Below, piece after piece: positions 9,033 through 18,472 of a stretch of DNA of 64,000 nt. Made by a program: the position numbers and the translations under genes. Below the pieces are notes generated by a model. It saw nothing but the letters and a program-made list of their open reading frames with translations. It was not told the origin of the DNA and ran no database searches. The stretch comes from Thainema sp. (GTDB lineage Bacteria; Cyanobacteriota; Cyanobacteriia; Phormidesmidales; Phormidesmidaceae): positions 1 through 64,000 of the forward strand of contig JBQLZK010000008.1 of assembly GCA_052168235.1 (NCBI GenBank), read 5' to 3'. Numbering within the stretch: the stretch's first letter is position 1; every line of letters begins with the position of its first letter.

Positions 9033-10718
9033 TTAGAAGGTGAACGTGGTACGAACTGCACCGATCACAACAGTGTCATTGTTGTTATTGTGATTGGGAT
9101 TGAAAACCGTAATTACACCAGGGGTGACAACAATATTGTCGGAAACTCGGAATCGATAAAACGCTTCTAGGTGATAACTCGTATCCGGTTGTCCACCTGC
9201 GATCGCAGCTAAATTACCTTCGTTGAATAGAGAAGGAACGTTGCGGCCAGCAGGCAAATCGCTGTCGGTAATCCGTGGCGGTTGACCAAAGTAGAGACCA
9301 CCCAAATTGCCCTCTGCAAACAGATCGGGGAAGTTTAGATAGGACATCCAGTTGAAGGTTTCAACGGTTCCATCTAATCCCAGCAGATCCGAGGTCGTAA
9401 AGCCAGCCCAACCCCCAGCTGTCAAGCCTGGAGTAACGCGCCAGTCAATTGACGCACCGAAGGCATTGGTTTGAATCGGTGCCCGACCCGTGGCGAAGTT
9501 TTGAACCGCGACGAGATCATCACCAACCCCTGTAAACAGGCGGCCAAAGGGAGAGTAGGAGTTGACGTACTGTAGACCGATATCCAAATCATCAAACGGA
9601 GTGACAATCAGTTGTGCGCCTAAATTGGTCACACCATTCTCACCACCGAATAAGCCGTTTTCGTTACTGCTCGGATCGCTAGTGGAATAAACGCCCTGCA
9701 AACTGATGCCATTGCTAATTTGCCAGTCAAAACCAAGTCCGCCTTGGCCCGCTCCAATACCAATGATTGGATTACGCTGAGCAAAACGTGATAAGGGACC
9801 AAAGCCCGCGCTTTCAACTCGGTTTGCACCTCGGAAGACGTTAACTGCACTGATACCTCGGGGGCCAACAATGAAGGTAAAGTCATCGCCAACCAACTGA
9901 CGGAAATTCAAGTCGCTGAGTTCAAAATCATTGTTGTTGTCGCCTTGATATCCCAGAGCAACAAAGTTGGCGATACCCGAACCTGTTTCAGGCGTATTGC
10001 CTGTAAAGCTACCGTCACCCGCTTGTAAACCTGTCAACAGTAAGCTACGAGGGCCAAACTGGGTGTATAAGCTCAATTGAGCATTACTGATGACGTTGAT
10101 TTCCGTGCTGTCCGTGAAGCGATTGAGGAACACGTCGTAATCGTTTTCGGTACGGCCCTGGACACCGACAACGACTTGACCGAAGAGTTTCGTCGTGGTC
10201 GAAAACTGGTTGGCTTCCAGTTCAGCTGTGCGAGATTCGAGGGAATCAACCCGACCGCGAATCGTAGCGAGTTCTGCAGCAAATTGATCCTGTAGGGCAC
10301 GGATAGTTTCGAGATCTTCTTCAGAAACGCCACCAAAACCAACAATTTCCAGAATCCGGTCTAGACAAGCATTAACGCCTGCCGCGAATTCATAGCGAGT
10401 GAGCGCGCGGTCGCCACGAAATGTACCGTCTGGATAACCCGCAATACAGCCGTAGCGCTCAACCAAGGATTGCAGAGCTTGAAAGGCCCAATCGGTAGGC
10501 TGCACGTCAGCCAACTGGGAAACAGACGTTACCTGAGCCATTGGTGCACTATCGTCTGCGATGGGCGTTGATAGTTCATCCAGACTAGGGACGACCGTCA
10601 TTGGATCACTATCAGACGAGATTTGAGCAGCAGCGGGTTGTACAGCTAAACCACCACTCAAAATCCCCAGGGCTAGCAGGGCCACGAAAGAACCAGTCGA
10701 GCCAAATTGAAATTGCAT
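9033..10718 (-). CDS. Cyanobacterial SLH-domain OprB-type outer-membrane porin (SomA-like)
   Basis: QVTSVSQLADVQPTDWAFQALQSLVERYGCIAGYPDGTFRG, NQFSTTTKL, C-terminal RTTFTF; ATG at 10718 preferred over the GTG at 10787. Confidence 0.93.
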   Translation of the reverse strand: MQFQFGSTGSFVALLALGILSGGLAVQPAAAQISSDSDPMTVVPSLDELSTPIADDSAPMAQVTSVSQLADVQPTDWAFQALQSLVERYGCIAGYPDGTFRGDRALTRYEFAAGVNACLDRILEIVGFGGVSEEDLETIRALQDQFAAELATIRGRVDSLESRTAELEANQFSTTTKLFGQVVVGVQGRTENDYDVFLNRFTDSTEINVISNAQLSLYTQFGPRSLLLTGLQAGDGSFTGNTPETGSGIANFVALGYQGDNNNDFELSDLNFRQLVGDDFTFIVGPRGISAVNVFRGANRVESAGFGPLSRFAQRNPIIGIGAGQGGLGFDWQISNGISLQGVYSTSDPSSNENGLFGGENGVTNLGAQLIVTPFDDLDIGLQYVNSYSPFGRLFTGVGDDLVAVQNFATGRAPIQTNAFGASIDWRVTPGLTAGGWAGFTTSDLLGLDGTVETFNWMSYLNFPDLFAEGNLGGLYFGQPPRITDSDLPAGRNVPSLFNEGNLAAIAGGQPDTSYHLEAFYRFRVSDNIVVTPGVITVFNPNHNNNNDTVVIGAVRTTFTF

Positions 10719-11402
10719 ATGGAAATTACTACTCCACGAAAACACCACAATCTCAGCATCACCTGAGAACCGACTTGAGAAATACACGAATATAAAAATT
10801 TACTCGTATCGGTGTGCCGAAACACACTAAACTCCTTCATAACTCCGGAATTGAATCCGGAATCTTGTAGGCGTGACTCCGAGATCTTAACTAGTGTTCC
10901 CCATCCTTTAGAACATCAACCAAATTCACATTCAATTCACATTTAAGGGCTGTAGTTTTACTGACAGCAAAACTACAGTCCTTAAAATGAGCCGTAGTGC
11001 TGAAAATATGATGCGTGAACTCAATATATGGTCTGTCTTTAAAGAGCAGGTGAAGCCTACATGAGAAGATTCTCATCTACGGGTTCCCAGAGATCCGCTG
11101 ATTTAAGTCAAATAATCCCTCTGGGTTTTGCTACAGGATGCGAGATTGAGTACAAAACAGAAAGCGGGATGAAGGTGTGATATGGGAGGTGTGATTATGA
11201 AGTGTGATCGCACCCTGTTACACTCTTACCGCAGCGCTTTATCTCTGAAGAGAGATGCGGCTGAAACCGTTTGCTGGTAAGCAACACAGCTTGACCGTTA
11301 TAGAACAAGTCAAAGCTTGTATCCATCAACACAATCCAGATATGGTAGGGGAAAGAACGTAGGTTTACGTTTTACAAAACTATTGATCAATTTCCCATAA
11401 CA

Positions 11403-11567
11403 ATGAAATTTCTAGCTTCAATCTTGATTCTTCTGATTGGCACTGGCGCATTCTGCTGGCTGATGACGGCTGATTTGGGATTCGGCCCGTTTTGTCACCT
11501 AATTGGCTTTGTTGGCGGAATGGCATTTTTGGGCATTGCTGGAGTCGCTAGCCTCAAGGCGCTTTAG
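11403..11567 (+). CDS. Small 54-aa two-helix membrane protein (not in the ORF track)
   Basis: Translated by hand: MKFLASILILLIGTGAFCWLMTADLGFGPFCHLIGFVGGMAFLGIAGVASLKAL*; fills an intergenic gap and ends before a hairpin. Confidence 0.55.
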   Translation: MKFLASILILLIGTGAFCWLMTADLGFGPFCHLIGFVGGMAFLGIAGVASLKAL

Positions 11568-11600
11568 GCTTTCCTTCGTAGGCTTGTTCCTTTAAAAAGC

Positions 11601-11629
11601 AAAACCCCAGGTCAAAATCTGACCTGGGG
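11601..11629 (-). terminator. Intrinsic terminator between the convergent small ORF and the BI-1 gene
   Basis: ccccaggtca-aaatc-tgacctgggg stem with an A-run on the left. Confidence 0.65.
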
Positions 11630-11674
11630 AGGAAGTAAGCTTATTAATTGTTAATCAAATTGTAGCGTAAAACA

Positions 11675-12403
11675 CTAGTCACGCCCATTGATCGCAATCA
11701 ATAAACGAAGAATAAAGATAAACAGGTTGATGTAGGTGAGATACATCGAAAGCGCGGCGGGCAGGTACTGCTCGTCTTTATAGGTGCGCGGCAGGATGAA
11801 GAAATCAACCACCGCAACGCCCATAAACAAGATGGTGCCGAGGGCAGAGATGCTAATCTCCAGCCAAGATGGTGTAAAGACTCCAAAGACAGCGAAGAGG
11901 AGTTGCGCAATTAAGACGACGAATAGAGCAACGACGCCGATACCAATTGTCTTGGTCAGCGCAAATCCGTCTTCTTCAGACAGATTGGAACCGACTGATT
12001 GAGCGGCGATGAACGTTACACCACAGCCTAAGGCCGCAAAGCCGATTCCCATTACGCCAACACCTGGAGTAGCCAACGCCAGATATATGAGGCCGCTCAG
12101 GGTATAGCCCGATAGCAAACCATAGGTGGCGAGCAGGGGTAAAGCAGTAGAGTTCTCTCCTTTTTCGGCAATGCCACGGGCCACGAAAAAGAGAACGAGT
12201 TCCAGTACCATTGCGCCGATGAAGGTCGGCATGAAGTACTGAGGATAGTTTTCCATGACGCCGAGGCCACCGTAGACACCAGCGGCGGTCAGGACTAATC
12301 CGCCACCCACAAACGGCAGCGCTTTAGCAATCACGTTTGGCCCAATAATGGCCTGTCCTTGATTTTTGCGAATTGCTTCGCGGAAGTTACTGGTATTTGC
12401 CAT
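11675..12403 (-). CDS. Bax inhibitor-1/YccA family membrane protein
   Basis: About seven hydrophobic helices; C-terminal AALSMYLTYINLFIFILRLL. Confidence 0.88.
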   Translation of the reverse strand: MANTSNFREAIRKNQGQAIIGPNVIAKALPFVGGGLVLTAAGVYGGLGVMENYPQYFMPTFIGAMVLELVLFFVARGIAEKGENSTALPLLATYGLLSGYTLSGLIYLALATPGVGVMGIGFAALGCGVTFIAAQSVGSNLSEEDGFALTKTIGIGVVALFVVLIAQLLFAVFGVFTPSWLEISISALGTILFMGVAVVDFFILPRTYKDEQYLPAALSMYLTYINLFIFILRLLIAINGRD

Positions 12404-12515
12404 ATCAAAATCTCCTTTGAAGGAGGCTATTAAACCTTGTACGAAATCCTGTATGCTGTAACACTTCTATCTTCTCTGATCTAGCAAAAAATACCCAGGA
12501 TTGCAGTCATAACAA

Positions 12516-12572
12516 CCAAAAGTGCTGTGGGGCAGTGCAGGCTCAGCCTGCACTGCCCCACAGCACTTTTGG
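12516..12572. repeat. Perfect 28-bp inverted repeat (hairpin mini-element)
   Basis: ccaaaagtgctgtggggcagtgcaggct-c-agcctgcactgccccacagcacttttgg. Confidence 0.9.
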
Positions 12573-12595
12573 AAATTAGTCAGATTGAGTAAGCG

Positions 12596-12784
12596 CTATT
12601 GCTTAGACGCTTCCTTGGTGGCTTTTTTGTTTTCGGGGGCGCGGCGCGATCTCACCTCATCTTCTCCTTTTGGAGGCACAATCTCATCTGGATTAACGCC
12701 CAGATCAGCAGCCGTGTCTAAACTTTCTTCTGCATTGGTGTTGGGCTTTACAGAATTTCCGTCGTGGCTTGCATGTCCACCCAT
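12596..12784 (-). CDS. Small hydrophilic hypothetical protein (62 aa)
   Basis: ATG preceded by AAGAGG; charged low-complexity sequence co-oriented with both neighbours. Confidence 0.55.
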   Translation of the reverse strand: MGGHASHDGNSVKPNTNAEESLDTAADLGVNPDEIVPPKGEDEVRSRRAPENKKATKEASKQ

Positions 12785-12934
12785 AGTTGTCGTACCTCTT
12801 GCGAATCTGCGTATGGAACTGGTATTCCATTACTTTTTCTATTGCAGGCAAGATCAGCGCAAATTCCCTCCATCGCAGGTCAGAAGCCAAGTGGAACAGC
12901 GGAAATACAGCACTTTTGAACTAGGCCGAAGCTA

Positions 12935-13630
12935 CTAAGCTGATAGTTGAGCGAGATTGGCGTATTGCTGTAAACCTGCGATCGCATTTTCTGTTGTCGC
13001 CGTCCAGCCGACAATGCCGCCCTGTGCCCGCACCATTTCGAGGGTTGACTGCTTGAATTCGGGGAAGTAGCTGGCGGTGGCATCTTCGATTAGCAAACAT
13101 TCGTAGCCGCGATCGTTAGCTTCGCGCATGGTGGTTTGGACGCAGACTTCGGTGGTGACGCCAGTAATCAATAGATGCGTAATGGCCTGCTGCTGGAGCA
13201 GTTCGGCCAAGTTGGTGTTGTAGAACGCGCCTTTTCCCGGTTTGGCAATTACGGCTTCGTCGGGTAAAGGAGCTAATTCAGGAATAATTGTGTTACCCGG
13301 TTCACCCAAGACCAAAATGCGACCCATCGGGCCAGGATCGCCAATCTTCAGCGCAGCCTGTCCCCGCAGCCGCTTAGAGGGTGGACAGTCCGACAGATCC
13401 GCTTGATGCCCTTCGACGGTTTGAACAATGGGCCAGTTGAGATCGCGAAAAAACTGCTGGAGCTGCTTAACGTTGGGGACAATGCTTTGTAGTTGACTAA
13501 CGTCGTTGCCCAAGGACTCACCAAATCCTCCTGGTTCGAGAAAATCACGCTGCATATCAATAATCAGCAGTGCAATACCGCCGTGAGGTGGCAGATCGTA
13601 ATCGTAGGGTTGGGCAGGAATAACTGGCAT
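12935..13630 (-). CDS. trtA: Isochorismatase-family cysteine hydrolase, triuret hydrolase (TrtA)-like
   Basis: D-K-C triad in [13 protein letters not shown] and [20 protein letters not shown] and QGGIVG fit TrtA better than BiuH (GGY..MG, TTDVC, QGGVFG) as I recall them. Confidence 0.65.
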   Translation of the reverse strand: MPVIPAQPYDYDLPPHGGIALLIIDMQRDFLEPGGFGESLGNDVSQLQSIVPNVKQLQQFFRDLNWPIVQTVEGHQADLSDCPPSKRLRGQAALKIGDPGPMGRILVLGEPGNTIIPELAPLPDEAVIAKPGKGAFYNTNLAELLQQQAITHLLITGVTTEVCVQTTMREANDRGYECLLIEDATASYFPEFKQSTLEMVRAQGGIVGWTATTENAIAGLQQYANLAQLSA

Positions 13631-13986
13631 GGTCGTTGATTGAGGCGATGGGGACAGGAGAATTTTGTATGGGCAGGATTCTAACCTGAATTGCTAGAAA
13701 TTACAGTGCAGCACGTGAACCTTTTCAGTTTGATTCCGCACAAATTTGCGATGGGTGGAGTCGGCGTAACGTTTGCGTAACTAAGGTGGCGGAGCAGGCG
13801 TGTGAGGAACAAGGGGAAGATGGGTCATTATTGGGTGCGGCACATCAATGCCTCGGTTAAGCCGGACGTTGCGCTATAACGGCGTTAGGTCGTCAATGGC
13901 TGATCATCATCAATTACTGAGATGATTGACGAATTGATCAGAGTGAGTTGATTGACTGAATATGCTCCTCACGTTTTCTCACCGTT

Positions 13987-14280
13987 GTGTCTGATTCTTG
14001 CTGTACCGTTTGCTTTCCTAATACCGACTTTCCTGCGATCGCGCTTTCTGCACATCAACCGTTGGCGGACGTGTTGACCGCACAGAATTCTCCGGTGCTC
14101 TTTGGCTGTCGGACGGGGATTTGCGGCACCTGCTTGGTGACGGTCAAGGGTCAGGTTCCACCACCGGATGCGGATGAGCAGGAACTGTTAGACGTACTCG
14201 CGCCGGATATTCCCAATGCCAGATTGGCCTGTCAAATTGATCTCATTGACCATCTCGAAATTGAGCGATTAGACGTATGA
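13987..14280 (+). CDS. 2Fe-2S ferredoxin
   Basis: GCRTGICGTC...RLACQ; stop overlaps the next start (ATGA). Confidence 0.85.
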   Translation: MSDSCCTVCFPNTDFPAIALSAHQPLADVLTAQNSPVLFGCRTGICGTCLVTVKGQVPPPDADEQELLDVLAPDIPNARLACQIDLIDHLEIERLDV

Positions 14281-15518
14281 CGCATCCATCCGTTGATTCG
14301 CCTGTGCCATCCTCCAAATCTGAGTCTGTTCAAGTTGAACCCACGCAGCTCGACGCATCGGATTCCGGGTCAGCCGATCAAACAGCTCCAGTAGCTCAAA
14401 CAGATTCAGCCAACCAAACCAGCGAGCCGCCGTTTATCTCTGAAGAAGTTCCTCAACCAACTACGGTTGATTTTGCCGATTTTTGGTACGTTGTAGCTCA
14501 AACGGAACAGCTTAAGCCGAATCAGGTGTTGAGCCGCATGGTGCTGGGCGAGTGGTTGGCTATCTTTCGGGGATCTGATGGTCTGCCGGTGGCACTGCGC
14601 GATCGCTGTATGCATCGCAATAGTCGGTTGTCGGGCGGCACCGTCAAACAGGGCCAGTTGCACTGTCCCTATCACGGCTGGATATACGACAAACGGGGCC
14701 GCGTCGTTGCGGTTCCGGCAGAAGGAGACCAGTTTAAGCCGCTGAAATCGCGCTGTGCGCAATGGTATTCTGTCCGCGAGCAGGACGGCTACATTTATGT
14801 GCGGTTGCAAACGCCGCTAGAAGAGTTTCAGCCGTTTCGGATGCCGCATTATCAAGATGCCCATCCTAAAAAAGGTTTGAAAGAGCGGGAACCGGGTTGG
14901 CAAACCGTACGGGTGATTAATCGGTTTGAGAATTCTGTCACCAACTGCGTCGAGAACTTTATTGATATTCCCCATACGGTGTCGGTGCATCCCGGCATTT
15001 TCCGCCAGCAGCGGCAGCAGAAATTGGATATGACCGTAACGCGCAGCAATGGTTGCGTTACAGCAGAATACCGTAATGAAACCACGAATTTGGGCTGGTT
15101 TAGCCGCTTTTTGAATACCAAGGCCCAGGAAATTCGCCATATCGACAGCTTTCACATGCCGAATGTGACCAGCGTGGAGTATGACTTTGGCCCCCATCGG
15201 CGGCTATTTATTACCAGTCAGTCCGTCCCCGAAACGGAAACAAGTACGCTGGTTTATACTGACGTGACGTTTAACTATGGCATCTGGAGCCGATGGGCAA
15301 AACCCTTTGTCCGCTGGACGGCCCAGCGCATTATTAAACAGGATATTAAAGCACTGAAAATCCAGCAGGAGACGATTGCCAAGTACGATCAGCGCTTCTC
15401 AAACACCCCTGCCGATACGATTCATGTATTTGTGGAGTCAATTCGCACTGCGATCTCACAAGGTAAGGATCCGCGCCAGCTACCCGATCGCTCCGTTGAT
15501 GTCACATTTTGGGTGTAA
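14277..15518 (+). CDS. Rieske non-heme iron oxygenase alpha subunit
   Basis: CMH...CPYHG Rieske motif; ENFIDIPHTVSVH mononuclear Fe site; distal QD. Confidence 0.9.
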   Translation: MTHPSVDSPVPSSKSESVQVEPTQLDASDSGSADQTAPVAQTDSANQTSEPPFISEEVPQPTTVDFADFWYVVAQTEQLKPNQVLSRMVLGEWLAIFRGSDGLPVALRDRCMHRNSRLSGGTVKQGQLHCPYHGWIYDKRGRVVAVPAEGDQFKPLKSRCAQWYSVREQDGYIYVRLQTPLEEFQPFRMPHYQDAHPKKGLKEREPGWQTVRVINRFENSVTNCVENFIDIPHTVSVHPGIFRQQRQQKLDMTVTRSNGCVTAEYRNETTNLGWFSRFLNTKAQEIRHIDSFHMPNVTSVEYDFGPHRRLFITSQSVPETETSTLVYTDVTFNYGIWSRWAKPFVRWTAQRIIKQDIKALKIQQETIAKYDQRFSNTPADTIHVFVESIRTAISQGKDPRQLPDRSVDVTFWV

Positions 15519-15823
15519 TTACAGTCACAGCACCAAAATCGATGGGGACAGAGGAGGTTAGTGTATTGTTATTAATACAGAATTTCTCTTAAAACCTCAA
15601 AATGCTTTCTTATAAAGACATGCTGTGCAAACCTTTTAAGAAATCAAAATTGGTTTTTACTGGCAAATTCGGTGTAAGCAATCATTAAGCAATTTCAAGC
15701 GATTTCGACGATTTTGTCTCAACCTCATCCCGGTTTGTGTAAAAATTTCCTGATCTTCCAATGTCTGGCTAGAATTTCGGAGATGACGTTGATTCAATCA
15801 CAGTCCAGCCCTCGGAGATTTGC

Positions 15824-17317
15824 ATGAAAGCCATCATGGTAGTGGGAACGACCTCCCACGCAGGAAAATCACTGATTACTACTGCTCTTTGCCGTATTTT
15901 GCATCGCAAAGGGTGGCGTGTGGCTCCCTTCAAAGGGCAAAATATGGCGCTTAACGCCTACGTGACAACGACTGGAGCAGAAATTGGCTATGCACAGGCC
16001 GTACAAGCATGGGCAGCCGGGGTTTCACCGCAAGTGGAAATGAATCCCATTCTGCTGAAGCCCCAAGGCAATATGACCTCTCAAATTATCATGAAAGGTC
16101 GCCCGGTGGGAGTCGCCAATGCAATGGACTACTACGAGCAGTATTTTGATGCGGGCTGGCAAAGTATTCGAGAGAGCCTGCGGCGATTAGGCGATGATTT
16201 TGATCTGGTGGTCTGCGAAGGGGCAGGCAGTCCGGCTGAGGTAAATCTCAGGCATCGAGATTTGACCAACATGCGAGTGGCCAAGCATTTAGAAGCACCA
16301 ACGGTGTTAGTGGCCGATATTGAACGGGGCGGTGTCTTTGCCCATATTGTTGGCACCTTGGAGCTGCTGGAACCCGATGAGCGGGAGTTGATCAAAGGCA
16401 TTATTATCAACAAGTTTCGGGGGCATCAGTCTCTTTTGCAGCCGGGACTTGACTGGCTGGAGGAACGTACGGGTATTCCGGTTATTGGCGTCGTACCGTG
16501 GCTGGAGGAAGCGCTGCCCGCAGAAGATTCGCTTTCCTTGTTCAATAACCGTAGTGTGAAACAAGATAGTGAAATTACAGTTGCCGTAATTCGCTTTCCC
16601 CGAATTTCCAACTTCACCGATTTTGACCCACTGGAGGCTGAACCGTCTGTGACGGTGCGCTATGTGGGACTTCAGGAAAACTTGGGCTATCCGGATGCGG
16701 TGGTGCTGCCCGGTTCCAAAACTGCGATCGCAGATTTAATTGCCCTCCAGCGCAGCGGTATGGCCGAAGCGATTCAAAACTACGCAGCAGCAGGCGGTAC
16801 CGTCATGGGTATCTGTGGTGGCTTTCAGATGCTGGGCAACATTCTGGCTGACCCCGAAGGTATTGAGGGCCATGAAGGACGGTTTAAGGCACTGTCTCTG
16901 TTGCCAATGCGGACGGTCATCACCCGTCATAAGATTGCCCGTCAGCGACAGGTCACCTCCAAATATCCCCAAGATGGTTTGCCGATTGCGGGTTATGAGA
17001 TCCACCAGGGACGGACTCAGCTCACGCGTCCTGAACCAGATGACCCCCATGCCATCGCATTTGAAACTCTGTTTGATGACCCCAGCTTAGGCGTGGTAGA
17101 TGACACGATGTCGATTTGGGGTACCTATCTGCACGGTATTTTCGATAACGGCCCTTGGCGACGCGCCTGGTTGAACCGATTGCGCCAGCAGCGCGGATTG
17201 CGATCGCTACCAACCGGAATTGCAAACTATCGAGAACAGCGGGAAGCCATGCTCGATTCTTTGGCTGACTCAGTTGAGGCGCATCTCAATCTGGAAGCCC
17301 TGCTGCCCTATATGTAA
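15824..17317 (+). CDS. cobQ: Cobyric acid synthase
   Basis: VGTTSHAGKS, PFKGQNM, EGAGSPAE, GICGGFQMLG, GTYLHG. Confidence 0.96.
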   Translation: MKAIMVVGTTSHAGKSLITTALCRILHRKGWRVAPFKGQNMALNAYVTTTGAEIGYAQAVQAWAAGVSPQVEMNPILLKPQGNMTSQIIMKGRPVGVANAMDYYEQYFDAGWQSIRESLRRLGDDFDLVVCEGAGSPAEVNLRHRDLTNMRVAKHLEAPTVLVADIERGGVFAHIVGTLELLEPDERELIKGIIINKFRGHQSLLQPGLDWLEERTGIPVIGVVPWLEEALPAEDSLSLFNNRSVKQDSEITVAVIRFPRISNFTDFDPLEAEPSVTVRYVGLQENLGYPDAVVLPGSKTAIADLIALQRSGMAEAIQNYAAAGGTVMGICGGFQMLGNILADPEGIEGHEGRFKALSLLPMRTVITRHKIARQRQVTSKYPQDGLPIAGYEIHQGRTQLTRPEPDDPHAIAFETLFDDPSLGVVDDTMSIWGTYLHGIFDNGPWRRAWLNRLRQQRGLRSLPTGIANYREQREAMLDSLADSVEAHLNLEALLPYM

Positions 17318-17332
17318 CTCAGGTCAAGTGCC

Positions 17333-18430
17333 GTGAAACTGGGAGATTGGCTTGGCTTTTTAATGTTAGTTGTGGCGATTTTTGTGCTGTGGCAAATTCG
17401 CCAACTGCTGCTGCTGGTGTTTACAGCAGTCGTGATCGCGACGGCGCTCAACAGTCTGGTGCGTCAGGTGCGCCGTTTGGGGCTGCAGCGCAACCAGGCC
17501 ATTCCGCTGACACTGGCTGGCGCGGCGCTGGTGATGATTCTCTTTTTCATCATTATTGTGCCGCCCTTCGTGAGCCAGTTTGAGCGCCTGATTGAACTGC
17601 TGCCTTCTGGCTTTGCCCAAATCCTCAGCTTTTTGAGTGGTTTTCGTAACCAGCTACCGGACTGGGCACCCAATCTGCCGGATTTGCCAAGCTTGTTTCC
17701 CCGATTAGTGCCCTCTGTGCAGGGCGTCGTCCGCAACTTCTATTCATTTTTCTCTGATTCAGTCAGCGTCGTTCTCAGTTTGCTGCTGGTGCTGGTACTG
17801 TCGGTCATGCTGCTGATCAATCCAACCGCTTATCGTCATACCTTCCTGCTGCTCTTTCCGTCTTTCTATCGTCGCCGTGCCGATCAGATCTTGTCGATTT
17901 GTGAGGTGGATCTCGGCAACTGGCTCGCGGGCATCCTCACGAGCTCGGTGTTTATTTTTGCCCTCAGCGCTTTGGGGCTTTGGGCTCTAGGCATTCCCCT
18001 AGTCTTGGCTCACGCATTACTAGCGGGATTGCTGAACTTTATTCCCAATATTGGCCCGACGCTGAGCGTTGTTTTCCCGGTTACGATCGCACTTCTGGAA
18101 GAACCCTGGAAAGCGATCGCAGTTTTTATCTTTTACATCGTGATTCAGCAAATCGAGAGCTATTGGCTCACGCCAACTATCATGGCCAAGCAGGTTTCTC
18201 TACTGCCTGCATTAACCCTAGTTGCTCAAATTTTCTTTGCGACAGCGTTTGGCCTGTTTGGGCTGATTCTTGCCCTGCCGCTGGCGGTCGTCGCCAAGGT
18301 ATGGCTACAAGAAGTGATTGTGCAAGACATTCTGGATCAGTGGAATCTGCCCCTGCTGGAGCAGTCTCACTGTAAGCCAACAGCCATTCAACAGCCAGAG
18401 GTGATCGAGCCATCCGATTCTCCGGCTTAG
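17333..18430 (+). CDS. AI-2E family (UPF0118) transporter
   Basis: Multi-pass membrane protein with NFIPNIGP and QQIESYWLTP. Confidence 0.88.
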   Translation: MKLGDWLGFLMLVVAIFVLWQIRQLLLLVFTAVVIATALNSLVRQVRRLGLQRNQAIPLTLAGAALVMILFFIIIVPPFVSQFERLIELLPSGFAQILSFLSGFRNQLPDWAPNLPDLPSLFPRLVPSVQGVVRNFYSFFSDSVSVVLSLLLVLVLSVMLLINPTAYRHTFLLLFPSFYRRRADQILSICEVDLGNWLAGILTSSVFIFALSALGLWALGIPLVLAHALLAGLLNFIPNIGPTLSVVFPVTIALLEEPWKAIAVFIFYIVIQQIESYWLTPTIMAKQVSLLPALTLVAQIFFATAFGLFGLILALPLAVVAKVWLQEVIVQDILDQWNLPLLEQSHCKPTAIQQPEVIEPSDSPA

Positions 18431-18472
18431 AAAGGTTTGTTTTGTGGATGTTGGTGCAGGCGATGAGTCGTT

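Noticed and set aside
13800..13810. GTTCCTCACAC (minus strand) resembling the Yfr1 motif ACTCCTCACAC
   Set aside because: Two mismatches and no flanking hairpin plus terminator
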